Positions 25,701 through 37,316 of a DNA stretch of 64,000 nt are shown here, in pieces; position 1 is the stretch's first letter; every line of letters begins with the position of its first letter. The DNA is taken from assembly GCF_037042905.1 (NCBI RefSeq), contig NC_087252.1, forward strand, positions 13,828,001-13,892,000, given 5' to 3'. This DNA comes from Lytechinus pictus (taxonomy: Eukaryota). The translations under genes were made by a program, and so were the position numbers. The notes beneath the pieces were generated by a model. The model did not search any database. It was not told where the DNA came from and saw only the letters and a program-made list of their open reading frames with translations.

Positions 25701-27735
25701 ACCTGGATCTGCGATGCTGGCCCCATGTATTTTTAAAACATTAATTTCTTAAATAATGACAATGTTTCTTTAACAGTACAATATAGTTAATTTTGATATT
25801 CTTGCCACGCCACAAACTGACTTTAAAGCTTGCACGTACAGCAGTGTACAGTGTATGAAATTATATGGGAGGGGTGGGGAGGCCCCCCCCCCCCCCCCAC
25901 CAAACATTGTCCAGCAAATCACATAGCGATCATTAATATGTGCTGTAATGTGAACATGTACTCACAACCCGGAGTCATAAAAGACCATAAAAGGCGTGGA
26001 AATCGAAATAAATGAATGAACAAATTATTTTGACATCCATCAATCCAAACTCTATAATCCGACAAAACAAGTTCCCCGACAGGTTCGACGCAGTACTTAT
26101 TACGTACGTACGTAATAAATACTACGCACGTACGTAATAAATACTACGTACGTACGTAATAATACTACGTACGTACGTAAAAATAATACGTACGTACGTA
26201 ATAATACTACGTACGTACGTAATAAATACTACGTACGTACGTAATAATACTACGTACGTACGTTATAAATACTACGTACGTACGTAATAAATACTACGTA
26301 CGTACGTAATACATACTGCGTACGTACGTAATAATACTACGTACGTACGTAATTTTTTTTTTTTTCGTTGTCAAAAATGTCCGGTTTGGGGCTTCGTAGG
26401 ATTCTCACTCTTGTCATAGTCTTTTACATGATGGATGCATAAGGAATGTGTGGATGTGAAAATATCGCAAAAAGTTCGGACGGGGCTAATTTAAGCCAAC
26501 CAACATGGGACAAGTTGAGCCATGGTAACTCTTATGGTAATATACAATAATAAAAAAAATTAAAAACATAAAAAGCCATTGATATGCAGGCAGAAAGGAG
26601 CAAATTCACATGACAGTTCTTTTACTTTCAAAATATGTTGTATTTATAGAGAATTAGCAAGTGAAAAGACTTTAAATGAAAAATTGACATCCTGGTTCTC
26701 CCGCATACATTTTGTACATGTTTTTGTGGCTCAACTTACCCCAGATGGTGGCACAACTTACCCCACAGATGGGGCAAGTTGAACCATTTGACATCATTTT
26801 TTTCAAAGGTCACAATGATTTTCAGTGTGGGGGTAGAAAGTTATATATAGGTGAAAAATATTTCCCAAGAATCAAATTTAAAGGCAAGGTACTGATTTCT
26901 ACAATATTACTAGTCATATCAATTCTAACATGCAAAATGCAAAAAGTGTCACAACTTACCCCGCCTTCCCCTACTGATTTAATGAAAAAACTGAAATTAC
27001 ACTTTTTTATATACAAGGAAGGATTATCTATAATGTATTTTAGCTTAACAAGGTATATATTGCCTTGCACCTATTAGACATTGTAATGTAATTGAACTAT
27101 TTATCGATAGACATGATATGAATACACGAAAAAAACAAATATTGAATGCTTCAAGCAATCCTTAAAACATAGTGCAATCAAGTCATGGAACTCCAAATGA
27201 ACTCCAGAATATTTCAAGCCTCCTACCCGTCAAGCGGTCGTACAAAAATAAGTATTTGACATTGACAGTAGACTAATATTTTATCCATATTTTATTGCAT
27301 AATTATTATGTTGTCATGGTTGTTGCACTCCATTCTTTCCTATATCTCACTTTCTCTCTCCCTCTTCTTCTATCCTAAACATACTAAACTAACCACACTC
27401 TCTCTATCTTACCTCTCTGTCTCATTTTTCCTGAACTCTGCATCCTTAGATTCTATCCTGTTCTGTCTATTTCCTTGTAACTTCTTTTTGTAAATAAAGT
27501 ATACCCAATATGTTAACTTAAGTTTGTGCGCATTCTAGTGTTGATATTTTTTAATGTAAAAGGACCGTGTTGACAAACAGGGCGTTTTATCTGAACATGT
27601 AATCCTGCATAAATATGTTTTGATAAATAAATAAATAAATTCCACATGGATGACATAATTTTCACAACTTTATAAATTAACTTCTGCAAAAACTTATTTT
27701 ACCCTCTCTCATTTCCTTATTCTCTTACTTTGTAG

Positions 27736-28149
27736 CGCCTCCCTCTGAACCGTATCCACGTATTGAGGAATGCCAAGGGGAACCCGTCAACAATGTCAAG
27801 CAATCCTGCCGGCTTCCAGCTTCTGACAGTGTCACCATCACCTGTACCGCATCGAAGTACTTTCCCGAAATCGATCTGTTCTTCCTCCATGAATCTATTA
27901 CGACGAACGCAACATACTCGCAAATCGGTGAACAGAAAAACGTGGACGGCACTAAAAACAAATCGGTTTCCATCGTCGCCAGGCCGAGTGAAACCCCCTA
28001 TGTGTGCGTGGCATCCCGTATCCCTGGATCGCCAGCCCGAAGGACAGTTAGTGTAACAGTGTATACTATTGAGTCAACAGTTGCCATGACGACAACCCAA
28101 ACTAATCATACGATTCCACCTCACCAGATACATGGAGCAGCCAAAGTTG
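27736..28149 (+). CDS. Receptor exon 3: C-type Ig-like domain plus Thr-rich stalk
   Basis: Polypyrimidine tract and TGTAG| acceptor, G|GTAAGT donor, 414 nt open. Reads SPPSEPYPRIEEC..SC..SVTITCTASKYFPEIDLFF..KNVDGTKNKSVSI..PYVCVAS..TVSVTV, then STVAMTTTQTNHT. Confidence 0.88.
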
Positions 28150-28454
28150 GTAAGTATTGTCCCTGGTGGACCTGTGTTATTAAAGGCCTATCACCTCTTC
28201 TATGTTCTTTGTCGCGATGATCATCACAACAAAGAACGTAGAAGACATCGGGTGTACATGAGGGTGTGTGTGTGGGAGGGGTGTCACAGTGTGTGTGGGT
28301 GTGGGTGTGTGTGTTGGGCCTGGGTCGGGTCTTTTTTCTACTTCGATTTGTTTGTATTTGGTAGGTTATTCCCCTTATTTGTAGAAAGTAAGATAAGAAT
28401 ACGAAACTTTCGAAAAGTAACTAGCATTTACCTACAATGAGAGAGAGAGCAATG

Positions 28455-31400
28455 AATAATAATAAATAAATAAAAGTTACATTTATATAGCGCATTACAT
28501 TAACATTTCAATGCGCTTTACAATAACAAATTAATATACATGTATATAATACTTTACAAAAATCTGAGTTCAACATAATTATATACATTACTGATAGCAT
28601 GTTCTGGTATTATTATTACACCAATTCAAATTCAATCTATTCATTTAAGTAGGGCTAAGGTGAACATGTTACGCCCTATCATTGAATACACAAAAATTGC
28701 TTAAATGTAAGCATCATAATATAGTCATAATAATAATGAAATTTAAAAAACTTAAGTACCACATAATAAAGATATTAAGAAATTAAGGAAGAATTAAACA
28801 GAAATGTCTTTAGTCTGCTCTTGAAAGCATTCACAGAAGGAGCATCACAGATTTGGGGAGGAAGTCTATTCCAGAGAGTGGGTGCAATTGAAGAGAAGGC
28901 GCGATCGCCGTATCTCGTGCATGTGCGGGGTCCAGGTGCGAGATCTAGGTGTGCATGTGCTGAAGAACGAAGTGTACGGGAACCAGTAGTCGCTTTGGAT
29001 GTGATCAGTGAAGTGAGATATGCAGGTGTGATGCCGTGCTTGGCCTTGAAGGTGAGGAGAAGGATCTTGAATTGTAGCCTTTGTTGGATTGGAAGCCAGT
29101 GCAAGGATTGGAGAATTGGGGTGATGTGTTCAAATTTCCTTGAGCGTGTTATGAGCCTTGCGGCGGCGTTTTGGATGTGCTGTAATGGAGTTATTTGAGT
29201 TTTGGGAAGTCCGATCAGGAGGCTATTGCAGTAATCAAGATGTGTTGTGACGAAAGCATGTACAAGTCTTTCCGCACTCGCACTATCCAGATACTTCCTT
29301 ATCTTTCCTATTTTGGATAATCCAAACCCTGCAGACCGACACGTGTTTCTGATGCGTTGTCTCATAGTCAGCTTGTCATCCAGTGTGACGCCCAGATCAC
29401 GCACAGTTTCAGAGGTGGAACAGGTACCATTGTCACCAATCCGCAGCCCGGAGAGTGGTGTGATCTTCCTAAACTGTGAAGTGACATGGAGGATTTCAGT
29501 TTTACATCCGTTCAGCATGAGCTGGTTGTCAACGGACCACCGTCGAACATCATCCAAGCATCCCTGTAGTTTACCCACAGCGTCCGTTTGATCACCAGGC
29601 TTAACAACAATGTATATCTGAATGTCATCAGCGTATACTACATGATGAATCCCTTGATGAGCAGCAATGATAGAAGTCAGCGGACCTGTGTACAAGATGA
29701 ATTCCAGGGGGTCAACCACTGACCCTTGGGGGACACCCCAGGGGAGAGGAAACATTTTAGAATTTGTTCCATTAATTCTGATCCTCTGATGGCGATTCTC
29801 AAGGTAGGATATTAACCATTTCAGTGCAACTCCTTGAATGCCAGATCTATGAGTCAGTGTGTGAATGAGTAGTTCATGGTTGATTGTCTCAAATGATGCA
29901 GAGTAGTCCAGTAGGACAAGAATCGCTTCTTGGCCCCTGTCAACGGCGAGAAGGAGATCATCCATCAATTTGGCAAGTGCGGTCTCTGTTGAATGGAAGT
30001 GTCTATATGCAGACTGCATAAGTGGGAACAACCCGTGTTCATGCAAGTAGGCGCGTAGTTGTACCGAGACGACTTTCTCCAAGATCTTAGCAATGCACAT
30101 GAGGTTCGCAACAGGCCGGTAGCTTTTCAGATCATTGTGGTCCAGTTTTGGCTTCTTCAGGAGAGGCATAACCAATGATGACTTTAACATATCAGGCATG
30201 ATTCCCGATGCAAGGGATGAATTTATGATTCGAGTTACATGAGGTAACAGTTCATCGAGACACGCTTTCACAAGCCACGTTGGTACCGGATCAAGGTCAC
30301 AATATTTTGAAGGGCTTTGGTGGATGATCATCTTTACCTGATTTTCAGTGACAGGCTCAAACTCTGTGAAGCTGTGCATAAGTGTAGATGTCATAGAAGC
30401 TTCCACTAAAGAACCAGGTACATCATTTACTATCGTTTGGATTTTGTTGTGGAAGAATTCTCCAAATCTATCAGCTAACTCCTTGTCATCATCATGATCT
30501 GGAAGGATCGATTCACGAGTTGGATTGGAAAATCTTCTGACGAATCTGAACAGTTGTTTAGTGTCACATCCGGCTATTTCTGCGGTCTGATGGTCGGTCT
30601 TTGCTTTCTTCAAGGTTTCATCATGTTGTTTACACGCATCACGATATATTTCCTTGTGAATCTCAAGTCCGGTCTTCACCATCTTCCGTTCGGCTTGCCG
30701 CCTTTTCTGCTTGGATCTCCTGACCGATTCCGTGTACCATGGGGCTCTAGGCCTCAATGATACACGAATTAACTTAGCGGGGGCGTGTTTGTCAAGGAGA
30801 TCCTGGAGAACATTGTTATACTCATCAACTGCTTCTGATGGGTTAGACGCACATGATTTAGAGAGAACAGAATTTTTGATGTCTTCTCTAAATTTCTCTA
30901 AGTTGATACTACGTAACTTTCTGCACGTTACTACTTTCTTCGAAGGCACGGGCAGTGGCGTAGCTACGGGGGGGGGGGGGCTTGGGGGGGAGGGGGCACG
31001 TGCCCCCCCCCCCCCTGAGATTTGGTGTGCCCCCCCGGTGCCCCCCCTGAAAAAAAATTGGCAGCGCAAAAAAAAGGGAGAAAGAAAAGAAAAAAAGGAA
31101 AAGAAGGAGAAAGACAGAAGAAAAAGAAGAGGAGGAAGACGAGTAAATGAAATAATGTGAGGGGAAGACTTGCAAAAAAAATCTTTCATGTTACTATATA
31201 AAATGTTTGCTTGCGCTTTGCGCCAGAATTGCCTGTTCGATGAGATTCATATCTTGCTCAATAGGCTGAATTGGAGCAAGTTTTGAAGTCAATATACAAA
31301 ACATATTTTAGCTCGGACATCGAGCTTTCATTATTTTTTTTCATTTACAAATTTAAGTGCTCTGTAAAATGTCTGTTTTATGGTCTACATATCAACATTT

Positions 31401-32460
31401 TAAGCTCACGCTGCGTGGTCACATTGTTTGATTTGCCAAGTTCCTATTGTCTTCGTGTATTCCATAATTCCATGCACTATTCAGAATGTCCAGATTCTAG
31501 GACTAAATCTAAAACATGCGCGATAGCCTGCATGTTCTTTATTTAAAATGTACTTAAATTATTATTGTCTGCTCACACTTCACGATCGCATTATATTAAC
31601 GATACACAATTAACTATATCCTATTCATGATTTACTAAATATGAATAGAGTGTCCCGCTTTTAGGTCTAAATTATAAATTTTCTTCCTCTCGCGCTTCGC
31701 GCTCGCAAGAATTGTTTAGTTACATACCTATCCCATTTATGAATACAAAAAGTGCTTAGAATGACCATGTTTTAGGTCGGAATGTCAAAACAAATTTGCT
31801 CGCGCTTCGCGCTCCCATTATTAAATATATACCATCTTCGTGGGTAAATGTAAGCAGTCCTTAGCAGGTCCCTTTTCGATCATGCTAGAACAGTTATTAA
31901 AAATTTCTGCTCGCGCTTGGCTTTCGAAGTAATCATGTAGTTACATACGCATCTTGTTCAGGATCACACATTACATTGCCCAGAATATTAAATTTTCAGG
32001 ACAAAATACATGAAAGTTAAAAAACGAATTGCTCGCGCTTCGCGCTCGCATTTTTTATAAGGCTTATGAGATTATTTCATGTGTATGTTGTTTTATAAGA
32101 ATAAAACTATAAGAAGTGACTGATCGGGGAAAATATAGGTGAAGATAATTTCGGGCCCCGTCCCTAGCTATTTGCGAAAGTCGGATCCGCCCTTGTGACA
32201 CATACACACCCACACCGGAAAAAAAATGTTGCCCCCCCCCTGAAAAAGCAAGGACCCCCCAGTGCCCCCCAGGAAAAAAAATCCTAGCTACGCCATTGGG
32301 CACGGGCCGTTCTAGGTTCATGGAAGTTAAGATCGCATCATGATCAGACGACAATCCTGTGATTGACTCTAGGTCTAATATAAGCTGATCAACTTTCCTT
32401 GTAATAAGAAGGTCCAGTGTATGCCCTGCTCTACGTGTTGGTACGCTGACATGCTGCAGG
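28455..32460 (-). mobile_element. 5'-truncated L2/CR1-group LINE, antisense in intron 3, interrupted at 30953-32298
   Basis: APE end (QHVSVPTRRAGHTLDLLIT..SDH) at 32300-32455 joins in frame with RT (YRPVANL, QSAYRHFHSTETAL, GVPQGS, YADD) and the C-terminal HWLP..GDRAFS..LWNRLP; 3' stem-loop GCGCATT..AATGCGC and TTA/TTTA tail at 28455-28520. Confidence 0.92.
30953..32298. mobile_element. hAT-type non-autonomous element inserted in the LINE ORF
   Basis: TIR CAGTGGCGTAGCTA / TAGCTACGCCATTG; 8-bp TSD GGCACGGG at 30945-30952 and 32299-32306. Confidence 0.9.
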
Positions 32461-32998
32461 AAACCAGCAGAATCGAGGGCATTATTAAACTTTTCAGCAA
32501 TGAAAAATATAACATAGCTAAAACGAAAGGATATTCGTATAAATTCAACGCCACTGCACGGTGGATTGATTTGATCTTGAAAATACTTTTTAGCGATTAT
32601 TCTGTAACCTAAAGAGCTTTCGCTGCGATATCTCTTGATTTTGATCCCTAAGTATGATTAGATCTCGTGCATTCTTTGATATCAAATTGCTTGGTTCCTT
32701 TTTAATACAACATAATAAGTAGGCCAAATACTGACTTCTTTCTCATGTTTATTTGCTAAGAAATTTAAAGTGAGTGTTAATGTCAAATGGGCCATGTTTG
32801 GCCATGTTTGCAATACATCATTTATTCGGAAATCATTCATGAGTTCAACTGTTTAATTTTTCCAACTCATACAATGGGTGAAACATAAGCACATTTTCGA
32901 AGTTCATGGTGTCTACATATGGCAGTATTACATAATTCACATGAAACCGATTTTCAACATTACATTTGTTTTTGTTTCTCTATCTTTGTGTGATATAG

Positions 32999-33082
32999 TT
33001 GTACCACTAATTCTGATATTATTAGCGGTTCTTGTTTGCATCTTCATCTGGTGGTATAGGAAGACACGGGCATCGAAACACG
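32999..33082 (+). CDS. Receptor exon 4: transmembrane helix VVPLILILLAVLVCIFIWWY plus RKTRASKH
   Basis: Acceptor ATAG|TT after a T-rich tract, donor G|GTATGT, 84 nt, phase 1-1; about 20 hydrophobic residues followed by a basic stop-transfer patch. Confidence 0.9.
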
Positions 33083-34492
33083 GTATGTATATTATTACCT
33101 AATTATATTCTTTCATAGATGATTTGTTTGGATATTTAATAACACTCAACAGGAGAATAAGTTAGAAATTAATAAAAAAATCAAAATGACAAGCAAAATA
33201 TGGTTCTTTTTGACATGTTTAAGGTCGTAGCCGTTTTTTAATGAAGACTAAATCGATAATATAACAAGCAATCAGTAAATAAAAAATTAACTGTCCATTA
33301 AAACAGGTAATCATCACAACCTAGTAAAATCTGTAATTCCTATTGGGTTTGCGTAGGGACTTCTCTGTAGGAAAAGCTATCATGATTATTGAATCTTCCA
33401 CATTTATTTATCAGCTAAATAATTTGTGATAAAGTTAAAGTTAATAATGGTGCGAACATTTCCAATGACTGACCACTACATGCTTTGACTGAATAATCCA
33501 AGGGAATATCGTATATCTTTTGAACAGAACCACCACAAACAGCTTAATGCATCGAAGTACATTGATTTTATATTAAAAAATTGCGATTTTTCAGAAATAA
33601 TGGGTGCCTCTCACGTAACATTTACTATAGACTTGCAAATTAAACTGACACTTAAAAACCAATGAAACAGGGTGAAATTAGAGGGTGGAATATCCACGAC
33701 CAGTTGATAGGGTATATATCTGACTTTCCATACCTGACCACTAAAAGGAACCTCGACTGGCTCATTTTTTAAATAAATCGGCATCTCCTGACGTACGTGA
33801 TCAGATACATCACCTAAAAACCGTAAATCCGTTGTCCATGGAGCGGGGAATAATTGGAAAATAGGAAACTTCCGGGTCACTATATTAAATCAATAAAGTA
33901 CATTAGTATTAAAAGCGTAAGCAATAAAATATCAAGTCATAAAGGTGTAGATTTTCACTGTGTACACTTCATATTCATAGTCTGTCTACTAGTGTGATCG
34001 TAATATTGTGACCATCCCAGATCCAGCAATAAGTCACCCAAATTGTTTTTCCTTTCTCTAGCTTACAAAAGCACATCCTAACCTAAAATGATGTGCAACT
34101 TGTCAATAATTGCTCAACAAAAACCCACACATACATTTGATCAAATGTGGAAGAAATTCAGTAGAGCTTGAAAATCAAGGAGAAAACATTAATTGAAGTT
34201 TTGGATTCGCTCGATCAAGTATGAGATATGCTCACCTCAGCAAAATTTGCAAGTTGTCTACCAAAAATGAGGTCAAAGAAACTTTCATATCTTTGAGAAA
34301 GGCAAATTTTTTCTTTTTTAGTTTAGAAGACCTACCAGTAATTCTCAACTTAGCTTTATTTACAGGGAACCTTCCCCGGCGACCTGTTGTTCGTTTTGGT
34401 GTTACTGGTCACATAGTTGTTATCATGATTAGTATTGCTATTATTACTATTATAGTCATTATTATTATCATTATTATTTTTTTTTTTTTCAG

Positions 34493-34543
34493 GGAAAGGG
34501 GACTTGGAATCGTCGCTTTTGCTCCTGAACCAAGACATCAAAG
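34493..34543 (+). CDS. Receptor exon 5: juxtamembrane linker GKGDLESSLLLLNQDIK
   Basis: Strong poly-T CAG| acceptor, AAG|GTAAGT donor, 51 nt, open, phase 1-1. Confidence 0.7.
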
Positions 34544-35595
34544 GTAAGTCTATCCCATTCATATTATCTTATTCCAAATTTCAGCCTTTTCAAAAAAATC
34601 ATTTAATCGCTCACTATAATTTTTGCTTCAATTTGCTTGTCCGTCTCTCTCTCTCTCTCTCTCTCTCTTCCTCCCGATCTCTCCTTTTCTCTCTGTGAAG
34701 AAAACCTACATGGATAGAAATTCCACGCTTATAGAGTACCGAAGTGTGACGTCACTGTCATGACAACGAACGCGGCTTGTTCTAAACAGAGTCGCAGCTG
34801 ACAATCGTCTATACACATTTGTATTTGCAAAAATTATTAACATTCTGAGGTTGCAAGCGACAAAATTCCGATAGCAGCCATTTTATCCTATAGGGAACAC
34901 GCTCAGGGTTCATTTGTTCAGAACCAGGCCGCCATGACACCATGGCAACAATGAGGTCATCGCTTCGGTACTCCATAAACTGATGATCACTACGTATGGA
35001 TATTTCCTTATCCCTAACTTGTTTAAAAATCTCGGACTTTTTAGTAACTCGTTCTCAATACATTTTGTCCACAATCCATGAGCTATATTGGTGATATTCA
35101 CGTTATGGTTCATTCACTATTATATCAAAATATTCAGTATTACAGGGGAAAGCACTGACCAACACTAACTTTGTGTTGTCTCTTATGACTGTGTTTTAAG
35201 AATAACTAGTCCACAAAATATACTTTGAGACATGGGCGGAAATCCGTCCCGAAAGGTAGGGGGGACCACAGGGGCAGATCCAGCCTTCGCCAATCATCGG
35301 GGGGGGGGGGGCGATTTTTTTTCCTACCATATGTTAATCCCCGATCGGCCACTCGAAAATGATTTTTGTTTGTTTCATTGAAGGGGTAGTCCTCATGGTC
35401 ACTTCTTAGCTTTATTCTTATAAATCAACATAAAAATATGATATCATAATCCTTATTTATATAATGCGAGCGCGAAGCGCGAGCAAATTTTTTTTTGGGG
35501 GGAGTTTTATGTATTTTTTCCTAAAATTTGAACATTATTGGCAATGTTTGTTATCCTGAAAAAGATGTGTATGCAACTAAATACTACGAACGCGA

Positions 35596-37251
35596 GGTGC
35601 CGGGTAAAAATGGCACAGGTAAAAATGGCAGAGGCAATAATGGCAGAGGTAAAGATCATGACATGCTACATCAACAAAGAAGACAGAGCCTTTTCGGTTA
35701 ATATCAGTCCTAATTATTGAACTTGAATGGACTCGACCCTCTCGACGAAATGAGTATTATGAACTGATTAGATATTATATATTTTTTTTGTCATCATTTT
35801 AGGTCAATACTTTATCGTTGATATGATGGAAATCGAACATTTTCATGCCAAAATGATTTCAATTAGAGATTGATGAAATGATTTATCTTGGCCAGTTCGT
35901 ATAGTAGAATAGCCCTTTATCCCATACATATACCCAACAAATTTTAATGTAAACACCAATGTGCGTTACCATTAACACACTGAAATAGGCAAGTTCGGGA
36001 TTTCTTTGAACTAATTGCATTACTTGGATAACCGAAAAATAACAAAACGCTCGATAATAAAAGTAATTTTTATATTTCAACATCATAATGGATCCGAATA
36101 GATATTGATATGATACGCATGCGGTTTAATGTAAATGATAAGGTAATAGCAACTAGTGTTCAGTTTCTCAGAGCAATACCTCATTGCACCTAGTCCAAGT
36201 GGATGTCAGGTTCCTAAACAAGTTTCTATGGTAACAGTTATCGCATGAATGTTGAAATGTGTAGCGAATCAGGGATTTAGAGTTTTTTATAGATTTTTTA
36301 AATGGAAATTCACCCTGACAAATGGTCTACTGTAAAATTAGCAAAAAATAATGGTGGTTTGCGGAAAATCCATCAAAGATTAAGAAAGTTATTAGAAGTT
36401 TCAGTTTTTGATCTGTGACGTCAGCAGCTGCCCCGTATTTTATGCACCAAAATATGTACTTTTCAATTTTTTAATCAGTGGTTCATGATTGCCAATAAAA
36501 TTATTTTATGATGTGAAATATTTGTATGTTGATATGCTTAAGGTACAATAAAAACCATTTTCATTTTTTTAAAGAAAATGACATTTCATTTATATTTTTT
36601 ATTACACCATATGTGGGAAAAACTGCTCGGAAATAACGTCACCGTTAAAATGTAAATTCTAATAGCTTTTTAAATCTTTGATGAATTCCCTAAAACCCCC
36701 ACCAATATCATTTTAATCATTTTCTGCTATTACTACAATAAACTTTTTGTCAGTGTAAATTTCCCCTGTAATGAATGAAGGATAATACTTGGGATCCAAA
36801 GTGTGCTTGTGCTTCATATTTGAGTGTAAGAAGAACGATTTGACATGAGAAGGCCGTGCATGTAAGTCCAGGAAAAAAAACAGCTCAAGTGTTTTCAATT
36901 TGGTGCAGAAGTTTTACAGTATAATTTGAAAATATTACCTTCTCCATTAGTCAAACATTATAATTCTAATTTTCTTCTCAAAATCTTTCTTATTTAATTT
37001 ACTGTATGCATGGAGGGAATTTTTTTTTTTTTACCTTTGCCATTTTTACCTCTGCCATTTTATCTTTGCCTTTTTTACCTCTGCCATTTTTAACCTCTGC
37101 CATTTTTACCTCTGCCATTTTTACCTCTGCCATTTGTACCTTTGCCATTTTTACCTCTACCATTTTTACCTCTGCCATTTTTACCTCTGCCATTTTTACC
37201 TTTGACATTTTTACCTCTGCCATTTTTACCTCTGCCATTTTTACACCGAGC
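35596..37251 (+). mobile_element. Mutator-like (MULE/foldback) element with 15-bp subterminal repeats, copy 1
   Basis: GGTAAAAATGGCAGA units at the left end, inverted array at 37030-37245; (C)GAACGCGA duplicated on both flanks (8-9 bp TSD). Confidence 0.75.
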
Positions 37252-37316
37252 CGAACGCGAAGTGCGAGCAGAAATGAAATGATGGAAAAGGTACCTAATA
37301 AAGACTGCTTGCAGTG

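Larger units (their letters stand above)
20296..26398. mobile_element. Foldback DNA element with 6-bp TSD, IS3EU-like
   Basis: Perfect TIR TACGAAGCCCCAAACCGGACATTTTTGACAACGAAAAA and its reverse complement; GGATTC duplicated at 20290-20295 and 26399-26404. TAY..RTA ends with a 6-bp TSD fit the IS3EU superfamily. Confidence 0.75.
20004..26971. mobile_element. Non-autonomous DNA transposon with TA TSD, host of nested insertions
   Basis: TA|GGGGAAGGCGGGATAAGTTG ... CAACTTACCCCGCCTTCCCC|TA; subterminal GGGGCAAGTTGA repeats. Confidence 0.8.
18830..27640 (+). mobile_element. Old degraded CR1/L2-group LINE, split at 20003/26972 by nested DNA elements
   Basis: Remnant RT translation LHRVIDDWYDALNNHEIEGAVFLDISKYFDTVNHEMLLFKFEKY near 19190-19325; sequence resumes after 26972; (TAAA)n tail near 27625-27640. 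Outer limits approximate. Confidence 0.6.

Noticed and set aside
20341..26353. TACG repeat arrays as a CRISPR array
   Set aside because: No unique spacers, no cas genes, eukaryotic context; the arrays are subterminal repeats of a TIR element.
30953..31189. Hydrophobic, Pro-rich N-terminus as a membrane anchor on a reverse transcriptase
   Set aside because: It is the low-complexity end of the inserted hAT MITE, bounded by TIR and TSD.
34366..34410. Extra small exon after TTTACAG
   Set aside because: No convincing donor that preserves phase 1.
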